The position numbers and the translations under genes were made by a program. A stretch of DNA of 63,986 nt, the filler included, from Streblomastix strix (Eukaryota): the NCBI GenBank assembly GCA_008636045.1. It is 3 parts of 3 records of this genome, joined end to end, with 100 filler letters (N's around TTAATTAATTAA, not from the genome) between each part and the next. Parts side by side here need not be neighbours in the genome. Positions count along the whole stretch, not along the records: positions 1 to 21,892 come from SNRW01000345.1; positions 21,993 to 43,866 come from SNRW01000346.1; 1 more part is not named here. One strand, written 5' to 3'. The number at the start of each line of letters is the position of its first letter. The stretch's first letter is position 1. Below the pieces are notes generated by a model that made no database searches, was not told the DNA's origin, and saw nothing but the letters and a program-made list of their open reading frames with translations. Below are positions 13,409 through 27,827 of the stretch, in pieces.

Positions 13409-16400
13409 ATGATAATTAACTCAAAATCAATATGTCTCTATTTCCTTTTCATTACACTTCTAACTCATAATTAATTCTTTAATGTTTCAGGAAATGAATA
13501 TTATACGAGTTAATCTGGAGATGATTAATAAATATGTACATTTGCAGATCATTGTTATACGTTGAATGCTGATGAAATTGCAAGTAATATTGATACTGAA
13601 GAAGAATTTATAGTTAATATTATTGATGCAACAACACTTGCATAAAATCTTACTATAGAATAAACTATATCGCCAAGAATATTTCGAAATAACCCTTCTA
13701 ATAGCATAACATATTGTACTATCTAAATAGATTAAGGAGCAACATTTGAAATTAATGGATCAATTTCCTTTTTATTTATAGACTTCTTAATTGACGATTA
13801 ATCAACTGATGGAATTATATTCTTAATCTAAAAGAATGGAAGTTAAAGTGCAATTATTAGTATTATTGATTGCATCTTTAATAGCAGCAAACCAAATTCA
13901 TAAGATTCTTTAATTGGTGGTGGAGCATCATAATCGTCTAATTAATTATAAATTGTCAATAATTAATTCATTGGAATTAACTGCTCTTCAAAAGGGCCAA
14001 TAAGTCAAAGTTTAAGTGAATGGAGTACCTTATCTATTAGAAATACATCTTTTACTGATTGTGAAGCATAATCAGGTGCTGGCATTTACATTGATATTTA
14101 TGAAAATGGCGTATTATAGATTGATGGATTGAGCAAATTCAAGAATTGTAAAGCTAGAAATGCAGGAGGAGCTATATACTTATATACAGCATTATCGGGA
14201 TCAAGGACAATTTATACAACACTTGAAAAAGGGTTAACAATTGAGAACTGTACAAGTAATAATGTTGGAGGAGGAATATATCAAAATTGCAGATATAGAA
14301 GTGTGACAATATAATTATTCAATTTTACTATGTCAGAATGCAGAGCCTAAAATTATGGAGGTGCTTTATACAATGATATTGCTTCAAGTGGAGTGACTTT
14401 CATTTTTAACTAAACCACTTTTATTAACTGTTCAGCTTCTGCAGGTGGTGCATTTTACTTTCATTAAGATCTAGATATGACGATAATATTAATAGAGGTA
14501 GTATTCTAAGATTGTTAAAGCACAACTGGATCAGGAGGAGCTATATATATGGATACTCGCTTCTTTACTAATATGACAATATATAATATTAGTTCATTCA
14601 CAAATTGTACCAGCGCAACAACTGGTGGAGCAATCTATGCCGCATTAATAAGCAATTAATTTTTAGAATTAAATAATGTTATTATAAGTGAATGTTAAGG
14701 AACCGAAGGTGGAGCAATATATTCAATGATTAGCATTAATGGTACATTAACTATTAAAAATGTGAGCATATTTACTTAATGTGAAAGCACGCAGGGAAAT
14801 GGTGGTGCAATATTTGCTTCATTGGGAAGTATAGAATTTGGTGGATTATATATTGAAGGATATCCAGATTCATTAACAAAATTCAGTCAATGCTCAGCAA
14901 GTTAATTGGGAGGTGCTTTTTATCTTGATCTAGCAAATGGATCCGAAGGTTCATTCAATTTGAGTGGAGCAAGCTATTAAGACACTCCAACTCTTAATAG
15001 CAATTCAGCCTAATATGGAAAGAGTTTATTCATTAATGCATAAGGTGATCTTAAACTTGCAGTGCCAGTTGGTCAAGGCATTAAAATAGGAGCTGGTGAA
15101 GATAGTTATGAATATGCTAATCTAGATAATCTGATGGGATATGATAATTTTGATGAAATTTAATCTGATGAAATTCCACTTTATTTTGCATATTCTCTTC
15201 CACTTGACGTTTGTCATATAAAATATCCAGTTCTCGATGAAAAAGGAGATGATAATAGATTCTGTGGACATTTTTATTAACCATGCTTAACATTAGATTA
15301 TGCTTTATTACAAAATGGAGCTGTTCCAGAAGAAAAGAAAGTTGGAATTATTAATTCTTATGTATTAAATTCACTAATAACAATAGATTTAATTGAAGGA
15401 GAAGCTAAAATATAAAACTCTCTTAATAATTAAGGGGAAACTACTAATATTCAATCAGAATTATTTATTGAAGAAGATGGAAAATTCTCAATAACCTCAG
15501 GATCGCTATTATTTGATAAAATAACATTTAAAATTGATGTTAATGCAGAAGAAGGATATATAATTAGTGGACTATCATAAACAACAAAGATATAAATTGA
15601 TAATTGCATTATGGCTACAACAACTGCTTCATCATCAATACTAACTGGATTTGTTGAATTGGAATATGGTATTCTAAGTATATCAAATTTGAGTATAATA
15701 AACGTGATAATATAAGAACGAAGTGTAATTAAAGTTGATGAAGGAACAAATGTAGGAATAGTGAGTATAAGTGCAAGTTAATTTGAGAATATAACAAGAA
15801 CAGGAGATAATTAGAAAGGAGGAGTAATAGAAGGATATCTTGGAAGCAATAATGGAAAGATAACAGTAAGCAGCAGCACATTTACTGATTGTAAAGTAGA
15901 TACAAGTACAGGTTGTGGAGGAGCTATTTATCTCTAAATCTCAGATGGAGGAGAATAGTTATTTGATTTGAGTGGAGTAAGTTATTCAGGTTGTGATGCT
16001 AAGTATGGAAAAAGTTTATTCATTAATGCATATAAACTTAGAATTGCAGTTCCAATTCACGCAGATACATCACCAACCAGAATAAAAATAGGAGCAGGAG
16101 AAGATAATTACGAAAAATTTAATCTTAACAATCTAATGGGATTTAATGGAGCATAGACATCGTTAGCAATCCCTTTATATTATTTATATACTACTATTTC
16201 TCAAGATGTATATCATGTATCCAATTCAGATTCGACTCCGAATGGAAATGATAACACCTTCTGCGGATAACTAGGTTGGCCATGCTTAACAATTGATTAT
16301 GCAATATCGCTAAGTGAAAATGCATCTATTCCATATCAAATTGGGATTATAACAGGATATAAATTAATTTAAGAATAGGAATTATTATATGATGAAATAA

Positions 16401-19400
16401 ATTTAAAGATATAAAACCAACTTACTGATTCGGGAGTTTTAAAAACCGAAAATTCAGTTTTATTAATTGAAACTACAGGAAAGTTTACAATAACTGCATA
16501 ATCACTTTCTTTTGATCGAATAACATTCTCAATTAGTTCTAATGCATCAGGAGATTATATTATAACTGGAGGTAATACTTTAGCAGAAATTGATATGTCT
16601 TTGTGTAAGATGATTATGACTGATGGGGCTTCTACATCAATTTCTGTTGGACTTGTTTAAATGAACAGTGGAGTTCTTATAATTAATTAATTTATTGTAA
16701 CTACTATTAAGATATCTGGATGTAGTATTATTAAAGTTGGAAATGGAGCTGGAAGTGTAGATATAATTGAGAGTTCATTTACTTCAGTTGAAAGAACTGT
16801 TACGAATGGGAATGGAGGAGTTATTGATTATATTTCTAGTAGTACTAATTAATTGAATATTAGAGATACAAGTTCATTTACAGAGTGCAAAACTAATAGT
16901 GGATCAGGTGGAGGAATCTATTCATCGATAAGCAATGGGGAATTGAATATTGATAATACAATATTCACATCATGTACATGCACTTAACCTGGAAATGGAG
17001 GAGCTTTGGCTATTGAATAACTAGGGACAGGTAAAATAATCATAAACAATGTTGAATTTATATCGTGTAAAACACTCACTGGTAGTGGAAACTATGGATG
17101 GGGAGGAGCAATGTTCATAAAGACATCAATTGCAGCTTCATCTCTTACATTAGATAATTTTAAATTGACAAATCTTGTATTTTCTTCTGACTGTTCATCT
17201 TTTGTAAATGCTGGTCATTACATAGATATTCAATCTGCAAATACTGCAGAAACTGGTGCTAACATTGAAACCAAATATCTTCTCACAGTCAATGGTACTA
17301 CTAATATCTATACAAATGAGAATTATAGAATTTTATATATGGGAATTTAAACAGATGATGTTAATGGTGGATCAAATAGTCCATTCAAGCATTGCCCTCT
17401 ATTCACAACATGTAATATAGGAGAATATTACGTTAAAACAGGAGGAAATAATTCAAAAGGATGTTTTGATTCCACGATCAATCATTGCTTAAACTTTGAT
17501 GCTGGTAAATTAAAAGATACTTCGAACTTAAATGGTGTTGGTAAATACATTGTATATGTTGTTGATTCAACCACCATTCCAAACAAATTAGAAATAACTT
17601 AAGCATCAACTGAATTTCCACGAACATTTAGAAACGATGGTGGAACAAGCACATCTATAAAAGCTATTGAATTTAGTACAGATGGGTAGTTTGATATTAA
17701 TGGAGGAAATGTCTTATTCAATTATATAAACTTTGTTGTAGTAAGTAATATTAATTCGATGATATTATTAGAAACTACAACATCATAAACATCATTATAA
17801 AATTGTTAATTAAATATGGGCGATTTGACATCAATTTTATATAATTTCATTGAAAGATAGTCTGGGAATGTAATAATTAATATCTTGAATGCACCAACCG
17901 CAAAAGCTATATCTTCAGGAATAGATCTTATTATGATAAGTGCTAATACAGGAGATGTTTCAATTACATCTGGTACATTTGGAACAACAACATATGGAAT
18001 ATCATCAAGTAGTAATAGATTAATCAGCGCATCTGTTGGTGGATCTACTGCTTAAAAATTAGAAATTAGCACTTCTTCTTTCACTTAATGCACAAATACT
18101 AATGGTAATGGAGGAGCGTTAAATTTAGTGATAGGAAGTGGAGGAGAAGTAGAATTGAATTAAGTAACATTCAGTTCATGCTAATCAAAATCTGGTGGAG
18201 CTATCTACTCAACAATAAGTGGAGACGGTAAATTAACAATTAAAAATTCATGTTCATTCACTTCATGTTCAAGCACTGAAAATGGTGGAGCTATATATAC
18301 TTCATTAAGCAGTATTACTGATAATGGATTCTTTTCATTTACAGGGACTGCATCAACATTCACGAGCTGCACTGTTCCAACAGGTTCAGGACTTGGTGGA
18401 GCTATATATCTTGGTCTTGCAACAGGAACAGAAACTAAATATGATTTAACAGGGGCAAGTTATTTAACTAATAACAATGCATAATTTGGAAAGAATTTAT
18501 TTATTAATGCATTCAACCTTAGAAGTGCAGTTCCAGTAGGAGATCCAACACGAATCAAGATAGGAGCTGGAAATAATGAAAATACTTAATTGACTAATCT
18601 TATGGGATATGATAATGGAAATACTTAATTTGCTATTCCTCTGTATTATATGTATACAACTATATATTCAAATATTTATCATGTTAATAATCCCAATGAA
18701 CCTTTTTAGTATGAATCTGGCCATAATAATGTTGGATGTGGACATTATTACTGGCCTTGTTTGACTATTGAATATACTCTATCACAAAATCCATCAACAA
18801 CATAAAGAATTATTGGAATTATTAATGGATATGAATTCAATGAATAATTAACTCTTACTTCAACTTCATACACTATTTTAATATAAAATTCACTTAATCC
18901 TACAAATAATTAAACAACAACAACTGTATCTAATATGAAAATTACAAACAATGGATAATTTATTGTGAATTAAGCCAGTATTTAATTCAATTTAATAAAC
19001 TTCTAGATATCAACTGGAGGATTAAGCGCTAATTATTTAATTTAATCTAAATTAGAAACATCATCTATATCGATTTCAAATTGTGAAATTCATAAGGATA
19101 CAACATCAATTTCTAGAGGGCTTGTATTAGTTACTTTAGGAAGTGTAAGTATTACAGATTCTAAAATGGAAAGTTTTACAAAAAGTGGAGGAAGTATAAT
19201 TAAACAAGATGGAGGAACATTATTATTTACAAGAGGATAAATAACAACAGTGACTATTGAAAGTGGGAATATGATATAAATCAGTTCAGGAACAACAACA
19301 TTAAATTAATTTTCAGCCAATGGTATTACTCTTAATGATGGATCATTAATATCTTATTATTCTACTGAAAATCTTAATATTGTTGGATGCACATTCACAA

Positions 19401-21892
19401 GCATTTCAAAGATCATTACAAATGGAAATGGAGGTGTAATAAGTGGTACATTGAACGGCACCTCAGGAAGTATATTAATAACAGGGACTGCATCAACATT
19501 CACGAGCTGCACTGTTCCAACAGGTTCAGGACTTGGTGGAGCTATATATCTTGATGTTGCAACAGGAGGATAATCAAAATATGATTTGAGTGAAGCGAGC
19601 TATTATTTATGCAATGCAAAATATGGAAAAAGTTTATTTATTGATGCATTCGATTTGAAATTAGTAGTACCGATTAGCTCATAAGCTATATTAGGAACGT
19701 TAAGTGATTCTACTGAAATATTATAACCAGAATAAATGATGGGATATGATAATGATGATATATCAATAGCTATTCCATTGATATATGTATACACATCTGT
19801 TGTAAGTTCAGTTTATCATGTAAAATACACTTCAAATGATGATAAAGGAAACGATAATAGATTTTGTGGACATTTGAGTTGGCCATGCTTAAAAATTGAT
19901 TATATAATAACAACATTAACTGGGAGCACAACCCCCAAACAAATTGGGATTATAGATGGATATATATTAAATGAATTAATAACAATCGATTAAAGTGATA
20001 AAGAAATTTAAATTTCAAATTAACTTTCTGGATTAGGAGAAGTTACAAATATTAAATCGATTATAAATATTGAAGAAGATGGNNNNNNNNNNATGGATAT
20101 ATATTAAATGAATTAATAACAATCGATTAAAGTGATAAAGAAATTTAAATTTCAAATTAACTTTCTGGATTAGGAGAAGTTACAAATATTAAATCGATTA
20201 TAAATATTGAAGAAGATGGTAAGTTCTCAATAACTTCAGGAACATTATAATTTAATTAAATAACATTTCGAGTTGATAATAGTGCAACTAGCGGATATAT
20301 TATAACGGGAACCGACGGATGCAATGGTATTTAAATTACTAATTGTTATATGAAAATGGCTAATGTTGATGCAGAATATACTATATTAACTGGATTTATA
20401 GACTTGATAGGAGGAACTTTGATAATAAACACTTTAGATGTAAGTGATATAAGAGTATCAAGTCAAAGTATAATTACATTGAATGATTAAGCTGGAGATG
20501 TGAGTATTATTGGATCTACATTTTAAAACATTGAAAGAACTGGATCTGGTGGAAAAGGAGGAGTAATAGAAGGATATCTGGGTACTAATAGGAAGTTAAC
20601 TGTGAGTGGTAGTACTTTCACAAATTGTAAAGTTAATAGTACCGATGGACTCGGTGGAGGAATTTATCTTAAGATATCAGCGAATGGATAAACGAAATAT
20701 GATTTGAGTGGAGCAAGTTATTCTGGATGTGATGCAAAATATGGAAAAAGTTTATTTATTGATGCATATGATTTGAAATTAGTAGTACCGATTAGCTCAT
20801 AAGCTATATTAGGAACATTAAGTGATTCTACTGAAATATTATAACCAGAATAAATGATGGGATATGATAATGATGATATATCAATAGCTATTCCATTGAT
20901 ATATGTATACACATCTGTTGTAAGTTCAGTTTATCATGTAAAATACACTTCAAATGATGATAAAGGAAACGATAATAGATTTTGTGGACATTTGAGTTGG
21001 CCATGCTTAAAAATTGATTATATAATAACAACATTAACTGGGAGCACAACCCCCAAACAAATTGGGATTATAGATGGATATATATTAAATGAATTAATAA
21101 CAATCGATTAAAGTGATAAAGAAATTTAAATTTCAAATTAACTTTCTGGATTAGGAGAAGTTACAAATATTAAATCGATTATAAATATTGAAGAAGATGG
21201 AAAGATCTCTTTAATTAGAGGAACAATCTAATTTGATAAGATAATATTTACTATTAATTAAAATGCAACTATTGGATATATTATAACAGGAGCAGCTAGT
21301 TCAACAAAAGTTTCTATCAATAATTGTTTTATGAAGATGACAAGCGATACGACAGGATATTCGATACTAACTGGATTTGTTGAATTGAAAGGAGGAATTT
21401 TGAATATAAATAATATAGAAATAAAAGATATAATTGTATCAGGATATAGTTTGATTAAAGTGAATGAAGAAAGTGGAATAGTATATGTAATTGGAAGTAA
21501 ATTTGAGAATATATAAAGAACAGGATCTAATGGAAAAGGAAGTATAATTGAAGGATATCTAAATAATAATAATGGATTAATAACAGTGAGCAGTAGTACA
21601 TTTAAAAATTGCAAAGTAGATTCAAGTACAGGACTTGGAGGAGGAATATATCTTAAAATCGCTAATGGGGGATAATCAAAATATGATTTGAGTGAAGCGA
21701 GCTATTAATTATGTGTTGCAAAATATGGAAAAAGCTTATTTATTGATGCATATGATTTGAAATTATCATTACAAGGAAGTACTGATGGAAGTATATTAGG
21801 AACATTAAGTGATTCTACTGAAATATTATAACCAGAATAAATGATGGGATATGATAATGATGATATATCAATAGCTATTCCATTGATATATG
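13409..21892 (+). CDS. Very large secreted/surface host protein with GGA(I/L/F)Y beta-helix (Pmp-like) repeats; 3'-incomplete
   Basis: ATG 13409 is followed by a hydrophobic signal-like segment (CLYFLFITLLT). ORF-track fragments 14129, 15968, 17111 and 19736 are all in the same frame, joined by TAA/TAG=Gln. Repeated FxxC-x-GGAIY, YGKSLFI, NLMGYD and DNxFCGxxxWPCLTIDY modules. Continues past the 20083-20092 gap to the contig end. Confidence 0.85.
19575..21892 (+). repeat. Near-identical ~1 kb tandem coding repeats within the surface protein
   Basis: MMGYDNDDISIAIPLIYV starts at 19736, 20854 and 21841 (987 nt spacing for the last pair). 19957-20082 is duplicated across the N gap. Confidence 0.85.
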
Positions 21893-21992
21893 NNNNNNNN
21901 NNNNNNNNNNNNNNNNNNNNNNNNNNNNNNNNNNNNTTAATTAATTAANNNNNNNNNNNNNNNNNNNNNNNNNNNNNNNNNNNNNNNNNNNN
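21893..21992. other. Artificial contig spacer
   Basis: Exactly 100 nt: Ns flanking TTAATTAATTAA, the standard six-frame stop linker. Confidence 0.95.
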
Positions 21993-22004
21993 TTAGAGGA
22001 AGAA

Positions 22005-22789
22005 TCATGAATCTAGTATCATTATTGTTGTTCCATCATTGCTGTTTTATACTATTAAGGCTTATCTCGTTGTTAAATTTATATACTATTCCCATACTTT
22101 ATCTTTATCAAATGATATAGAAGATTAATAATAAAATAAGTTAAATTTCTAACGATTGAATCCCCCGAAAAAGTATATTATATCAACATTAGCTTTTATA
22201 CTTGCATCAAGACCAATTATGTCCTATAAACATAGAAAATAAGTGATTCTTTGCTATCTATACTTGTATAGCTTTTTTTATAATGGTAACTATTTTTTTT
22301 AAACATTGTCATTGCATCATCAAATAGAACTAGTGTATGAGGATATTTCATTTTAAAATTCTCTGCTCCAATAGTTGTCAAAATTTCCTGCTTTGAATCT
22401 GATGTGAGTTAATTTATTAGATGTTTCTCTACAACAGTATCATATGCAGCCTTTGCTTCAATTAGATCATTAAGCACACCATCAATCTCACCATAAGTGA
22501 CAATCTTTGTTGGAATAGTTATTAATGTACTCATTTTCTTGTATGTTTAATCATTATTGCTATCAGTAACATATATAAATAGTGTATAACAGTTCTTAAT
22601 CTAACTCAATTTAATTAATTCTTTGAATATATTATATGACTTACCACTTCCTCTCTATCCTATAAGTAAGTTAATAGAATTATACGTAAAGTTAATTTCC
22701 TTGTGAACAATGCTTTAGATCTCATGTTTATTAGTGACTTAACTATCTAGCAATTCATTTACATATTGCGTTAGAGAATGATTTGACAT
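22005..22789 (-). CDS. A32-like (FtsK-HerA) DNA packaging ATPase; one homopolymer frameshift
   Basis: Walker A LLIGQRGSGKS, Walker B HTLVLFDDAM, RITYFLCLQD and IKANVD. One missing base in the T run at ~22293-22300. Confidence 0.88.
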
Positions 22790-22851
22790 TTATTTACAGT
22801 TGAAACTAATGATTGACAAGTAGTTAGTATCTATTTTTTTGCTTAAACTAA

Positions 22852-24029
22852 ATGAGTGAACAAACTTAATAAAGTGGATCTTCATAATCAACTGCAGCAG
22901 ATAAATTAGGATTTCCTTCCCATTCTAAACTAAGAGTTTAAGAACAAGATTACTATGGAAATAAGGGGATAGTACTACCATATGAAACATATCAGAAGAT
23001 AATAGGACCATAATTAACATTAAATTAAGAGTTGAGAGATAATTAAGATTATTAAAGGTTAGAGAATAATCATTAAAGAAAAGAAATGTGCTTCTAGCGA
23101 AATCAAGGTAGTAATCATATGCTCCAATAATCGATTTGATTGGTAGTAATAAAGATATTCAATTCAAGAAAAAGTGATCAAATTAGCCATCATTTGAGGA
23201 ATGGAAGAAGAGTAGAAAAAACCCTAGATAATAGAAATAGGTTGGAGTAGAAGAAGATATCAATGGAGATAAGTTTCCAGAGTTTGTTGTTCGTGATGAT
23301 AGAGGATTTATTCAATCAGCTGATAGACTTAGAATTACAGTTCCAATTAAGCGTCAAAGAGTAACCAAATATTTCACTGAAAACCCAACTAAATAAGACC
23401 GAGCTACTACATATTATAAAGCATGGAAAGAAGAAGATAAGCCAGCTGATGGTTATAGACATTTCATTAAAAAATATCTATCTCCATTCTTGAAAGAGCG
23501 TGGCTATACTGTAGCTTTAGTATATTCAGTAATAGGAGGTAGAATATGGAAAGAGGTTATTGCTCCATGGCTATTATAATATTATGATAAATCATATTAA
23601 GCATAATCATTTATTGAAGGTGATGCTACATCACTAGCTATATATAGGAAATTGAGTAAAACAATAAAATAAGCATATAATTAATATTTCATAACTGGTA
23701 ATACTTAGTAAAGAGATAATTAAATGATGAGACTGATATAAATAGGTTATGCGGCATTTTGGGACAATCAATTAGGTGATATCCTTGATGATACAAATGA
23801 TGATGGAAATGAAATATTTACTATTCCAACAGAATAAGCTATTAAAGAGGCAAAATTGAGAAGAGATGAGAAAAGAGCAAGAGAATAGAGATCATATGAA
23901 TCGGATATGGCAAAAATAAAAGCAAGGAAAAAGCCAACATTTATTGAAGAAAAGACAGTAGAAAGTGCTAGACTAGTACCACATGACTTCTAAAATGATT
24001 TAGATGATTATGTTATTGTGGATCAGTGA
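22852..24029 (+). CDS. Conserved viral hypothetical protein, divergent from the ATPase
   Basis: About 390 codons (TAR=Gln, one likely frameshift) containing EEDINGDKFPEFVVRDDRGFIQSAD. Close copy at 60004-61173(-). Confidence 0.75.
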
Positions 24030-24068
24030 AAATTATTAATAGTTATTATTATTTTTGTTTTCATTGAA

Positions 24069-24362
24069 ATGAAATAAATTAGCTGGAATCTTGTTCATAT
24101 AGATAAATAAGGTAGGATAGAATTAATTGGGGATATTGCTTCTGATAATTTCAATGAAATGTAGATATCAAAGTACTATTTACTCTTAAGATAAGATTAA
24201 TTAAATGATTATAAAGAAAAAATTAAAAATATTTGTGATGAAGATGAACTGAAAAATTATATTGATGAAATGTATAAAGTTAGTGAAAAATAACACAAAT
24301 TACGTGAATAATATATAAAAGATTGGTGTTAATTTTAAAAACAACTGTGGGGAGAAGATTGA
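24069..24362 (+). CDS. Small viral hypothetical protein (97 aa)
   Basis: Open ATG to TGA with TAR=Gln (MKQISWNLVHIDKQGRIEL...); a remnant homologue lies at ~59900-59950(-). Confidence 0.6.
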
Positions 24363-24400
24363 AAATTATTCACATACATTAGCTATAATAAATAACAATA

Positions 24401-24570
24401 TGCATTGATGCTCATAGTCATTTGGCGTGGATGAATGATTCCAATTAGCACGGCTAAATTAGTGCTCTCCGATGCAGAAATTTAAGTAAAATTGACTATA
24501 TCATTTGAATTGTGACTATGATTAATTTTTGCGTTGATGCTCATAGTCATTTAGCGTGTACGAATGATGT
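24401..24570. repeat. Pair of ~38-bp direct repeats at the edge of the viral fragment
   Basis: TTGATGCTCATAGTCATTT(G/A)GCGTG..GAATGAT at ~24405 and ~24534, with partial inverted copies (TGACTAT) between them. Confidence 0.6.
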
Positions 24571-26099
24571 TATTTTTATACGAAAAATCATAGGTTCCAA
24601 ATTTTTTATACTCTATCTCTAATATTCTAAAAATACTAATTTATTTTTAAATGTTTATTATTAATTTATTTTATTTACAACATAAATTTGTTAGCTTAAA
24701 CATGCAGAGAACACCGGGCTGCAACTTATAATTAACACACTTACATTCACAGTTTCATTCATTAATAGCATGTTGCATTTTTTCAACATTCACTTCATTT
24801 AATATTTAACTAACTTGTATAAAGCAATATTTTAGATATACTTATAATCGAACGCATTTTTCATAAATTTTAAGGTTTTGCTTATCTAGATATAATTTAT
24901 ATATTTGAAAATATTTATTACCTTTCACTACGATATATAATGATTTTCTAAAATATTGGAAATATTTAAACGATTAAATATGCCAGAACACTATCATTCA
25001 TTTTAACGATGTTATGAGTATATTGAGTGATTTGCCATATTTAATTTATGAGTACGTTGAGGCGGATCCCAATTTTTCTAATTAACTTTTAATTTCTATC
25101 CATGAATATATTTAGCATTTTTTGAAATGTTAAAACTAAAATTGATTTTGAAATGCCATTATTTTTACACAATTTTTACGATGATGAAAAATTTTCTATA
25201 TTTTAAAATTTAACATTTCATTCAATGATATATATTATTAATCCAAGTTTTAATTTAGCACTTATTATTATAAATCATACATTATATTTTCATAGAGGTT
25301 AAAAAATATGATATTACGATAGACTTGTAAAATTTTTAGGCGTATTTTGCTTTTATGACCGAAATTAGTCGTAATTTTTAAAACATTCTACTTATTTCTA
25401 GTTAATTTTTTATTATAACTTAAAATTGCAGATACATAATATATACCAAGTCTTATTTAAGCTGTAAAAGTTTCACTTAAATAAAATATATATAATTCAA
25501 GTTTTTAATTTAAGAAGATATTTTTATTTAACTTAATAAAATATTAGTTAACAATTTATGTAAATAAATTTTTTTAAAAATTAAATTGTTAAAATTCTAT
25601 TTTACGTCAAAATAGTTCTTTAATTAAATTCTATATTTCGGTATACTCATTTGCATAATTAGCTTAAAGATAATCATATTTAAAATATCATGATATATAT
25701 ATATATAAAATTTTATAAAATTTTATATTATTAATTTTTTTTTCAAAAAAGATTTCTTTTATATTTTTTTTACTTATCTTAGACAAATTATCATCAAGTT
25801 TGGATAACAAAATATTATTAATTTTATGAATTTAAATTTTTTTTTAAACAGATTTAAATTATTATATTTTTTATTCATGCATATTTTACAAACAAAACAT
25901 AAATCTTTTTTTAATTTTATATTTCATTAAGAATTATTTTCAATTTTTTAAAACATTACCTTTTTATATTTTAAGTAGTGTTTCTAAAATAAATGTGAAT
26001 TATGAATCTATGTTTGATTTAATAATGATTTTACTGGATTATTCTATTTTATTCTCAATTTAACCCATTTTTTCTTTATTTCTGTTATTAGACCATTAT

Positions 26100-27768
26100 T
26101 TATTTACTCATTTTATTCTTCATCGTCATCACCATTTAAATCATATTTATCTTCATTAATACTAATATTATCATCTAACTAATTATCAATTCCAATATCA
26201 TTCATTATACTCAGGATAATATCTTTAATATCAGCAAGTTCTTATTGAGCCAAATTCAAACATACAAATAACTCATTATTTTAATCATTTAATTATTTCA
26301 TCTGTTTTTCTAATTATAGTTCTCTTATTTGATACTAATTTTCTCCTTCTTTATTTGACTATCTTATTACTAATGCTATTATCCAATCTCATTCACTGTT
26401 TTATTCATTTCTTCATTAAATATACTTCTTTCTTTGTCCAATTAAATCTTAGCTTCTTACAACTGTGCTTATTCAATTTTTATGTTTGCTTTAACTTTTG
26501 TTAAAATTTCTCTGTTTAATCTGATTTTTTCTCGATTTGTCATAATCTGAGCTTTATATATCTTAATTATTTCAAAATTTTACTTCATTTGTTCTCTTTC
26601 TTATAAAATTATTAATTGTTTTTATTAAAACTTTATTTTTTGTTCTTCTAATTGAGTTCTCTCAAAGTATAAATGCGTACAAACCCATTCATCAAATCTT
26701 CGTTCTATAACTGCATCTTATTTATCAAACCAAGTAAATGCTATTTTAAAAATATTTTAATAATCCATTGATTAATCTTTAGATAATAAATTATTTTGAT
26801 TTTTTAAAATAATTTTAATATTTGTTTGATTTTTTGTTAATTAGGTATATTCACTTATTTAAAAATTACATTAAGAATATTACATTCATTATGATTTTTA
26901 TATTGTTTTTTATCTCTATTTATCAGAAATAGGAGAATTTGATGTTTTCACTGGAGAATTTAAATTAATTCAATCAATTTGATTTTGAAAGCTTTCCCAT
27001 CTACTGAAGCCCTACTATAGAATTATTTCAAGATTTTTAACAAATTGTTCGAATTATTATTAATATAATCTATTAATTGGATACTAATTTTAAGAATCAA
27101 TTTCCATGGTTAAATATGAGTCCTTTAGTGGACACTATTTTGGAATAATTATAAGATTTACATTTTCTTTCAAAATAAGTTGTAAGTAATTTGAAATGTT
27201 GATTATTTGGTTATATGCTGATATTGAACATATTTATTAAAAATAGCATCAATTTAATTTTTAAAACAATTAATCGCATCAAAAACTTATAATGATTAAA
27301 ACAAATTTAATATTATCATCAAATTAAGGTTATTTGGAAGTTTATGTCAGAGCTTCTCTACAATGAGTTCAGCCGATATTCCAAAAACAAAAACTCCATT
27401 TAGATAGGGTGATGTTGTAAAAGTTCATTATGTTCTCGGAACAGAAGTTGGTATAAACCTAATCGAGCAGATTTTCTCTGCAACTAATTCTATTGGATTA
27501 AAAAGTTTGATTAAAAAGTTACAATTATAATTCTATATTTTACTTCAATTCTTTTTAAAATTAAATTATAAATCTAAAAAAATATTTGATTGAATGAAAT
27601 CTCTTAGCCGAACTAACAATGTTTTTTATAGGGCAACATTATAGTGAGATCACTTCAAAACAAACATAAAAATGAGTCGAGGCAGTAGAGGAGTATGCTG
27701 CGCGCTAATTTATTTCATGAAATCTTATCTTTAATTTCACTTTTCTTTAACTTACCAGAGAGCAGGCG
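26100..27768 (-). pseudogene. Probable host gene with a spliceosomal intron, interrupted by element C
   Basis: Minus-strand GTAAG...AATTAG intron at 27705-27755 (51 nt, AT-rich, GC-richer flanks). Coding-like stretch RLGLYQLLFREHNELLQHHPI downstream. Product and extent unknown. Confidence 0.4.
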
Positions 27769-27827
27769 AGTAGTATATATATGAGAAGTTCGCCCCCTCA
27801 TGCTTTGAAACTCGTTTTGTTCAATGA

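Noticed and set aside
19957..20220. Short tandem duplication around the 10-N gap
   Set aside because: It looks like overlapping contig ends left unmerged by the scaffolder.
22285..22305. Programmed ribosomal frameshift in the ATPase (and at other A/T runs)
   Set aside because: Single-base indels in homopolymers are not shared between copies, so they are more likely sequencing error or decay.
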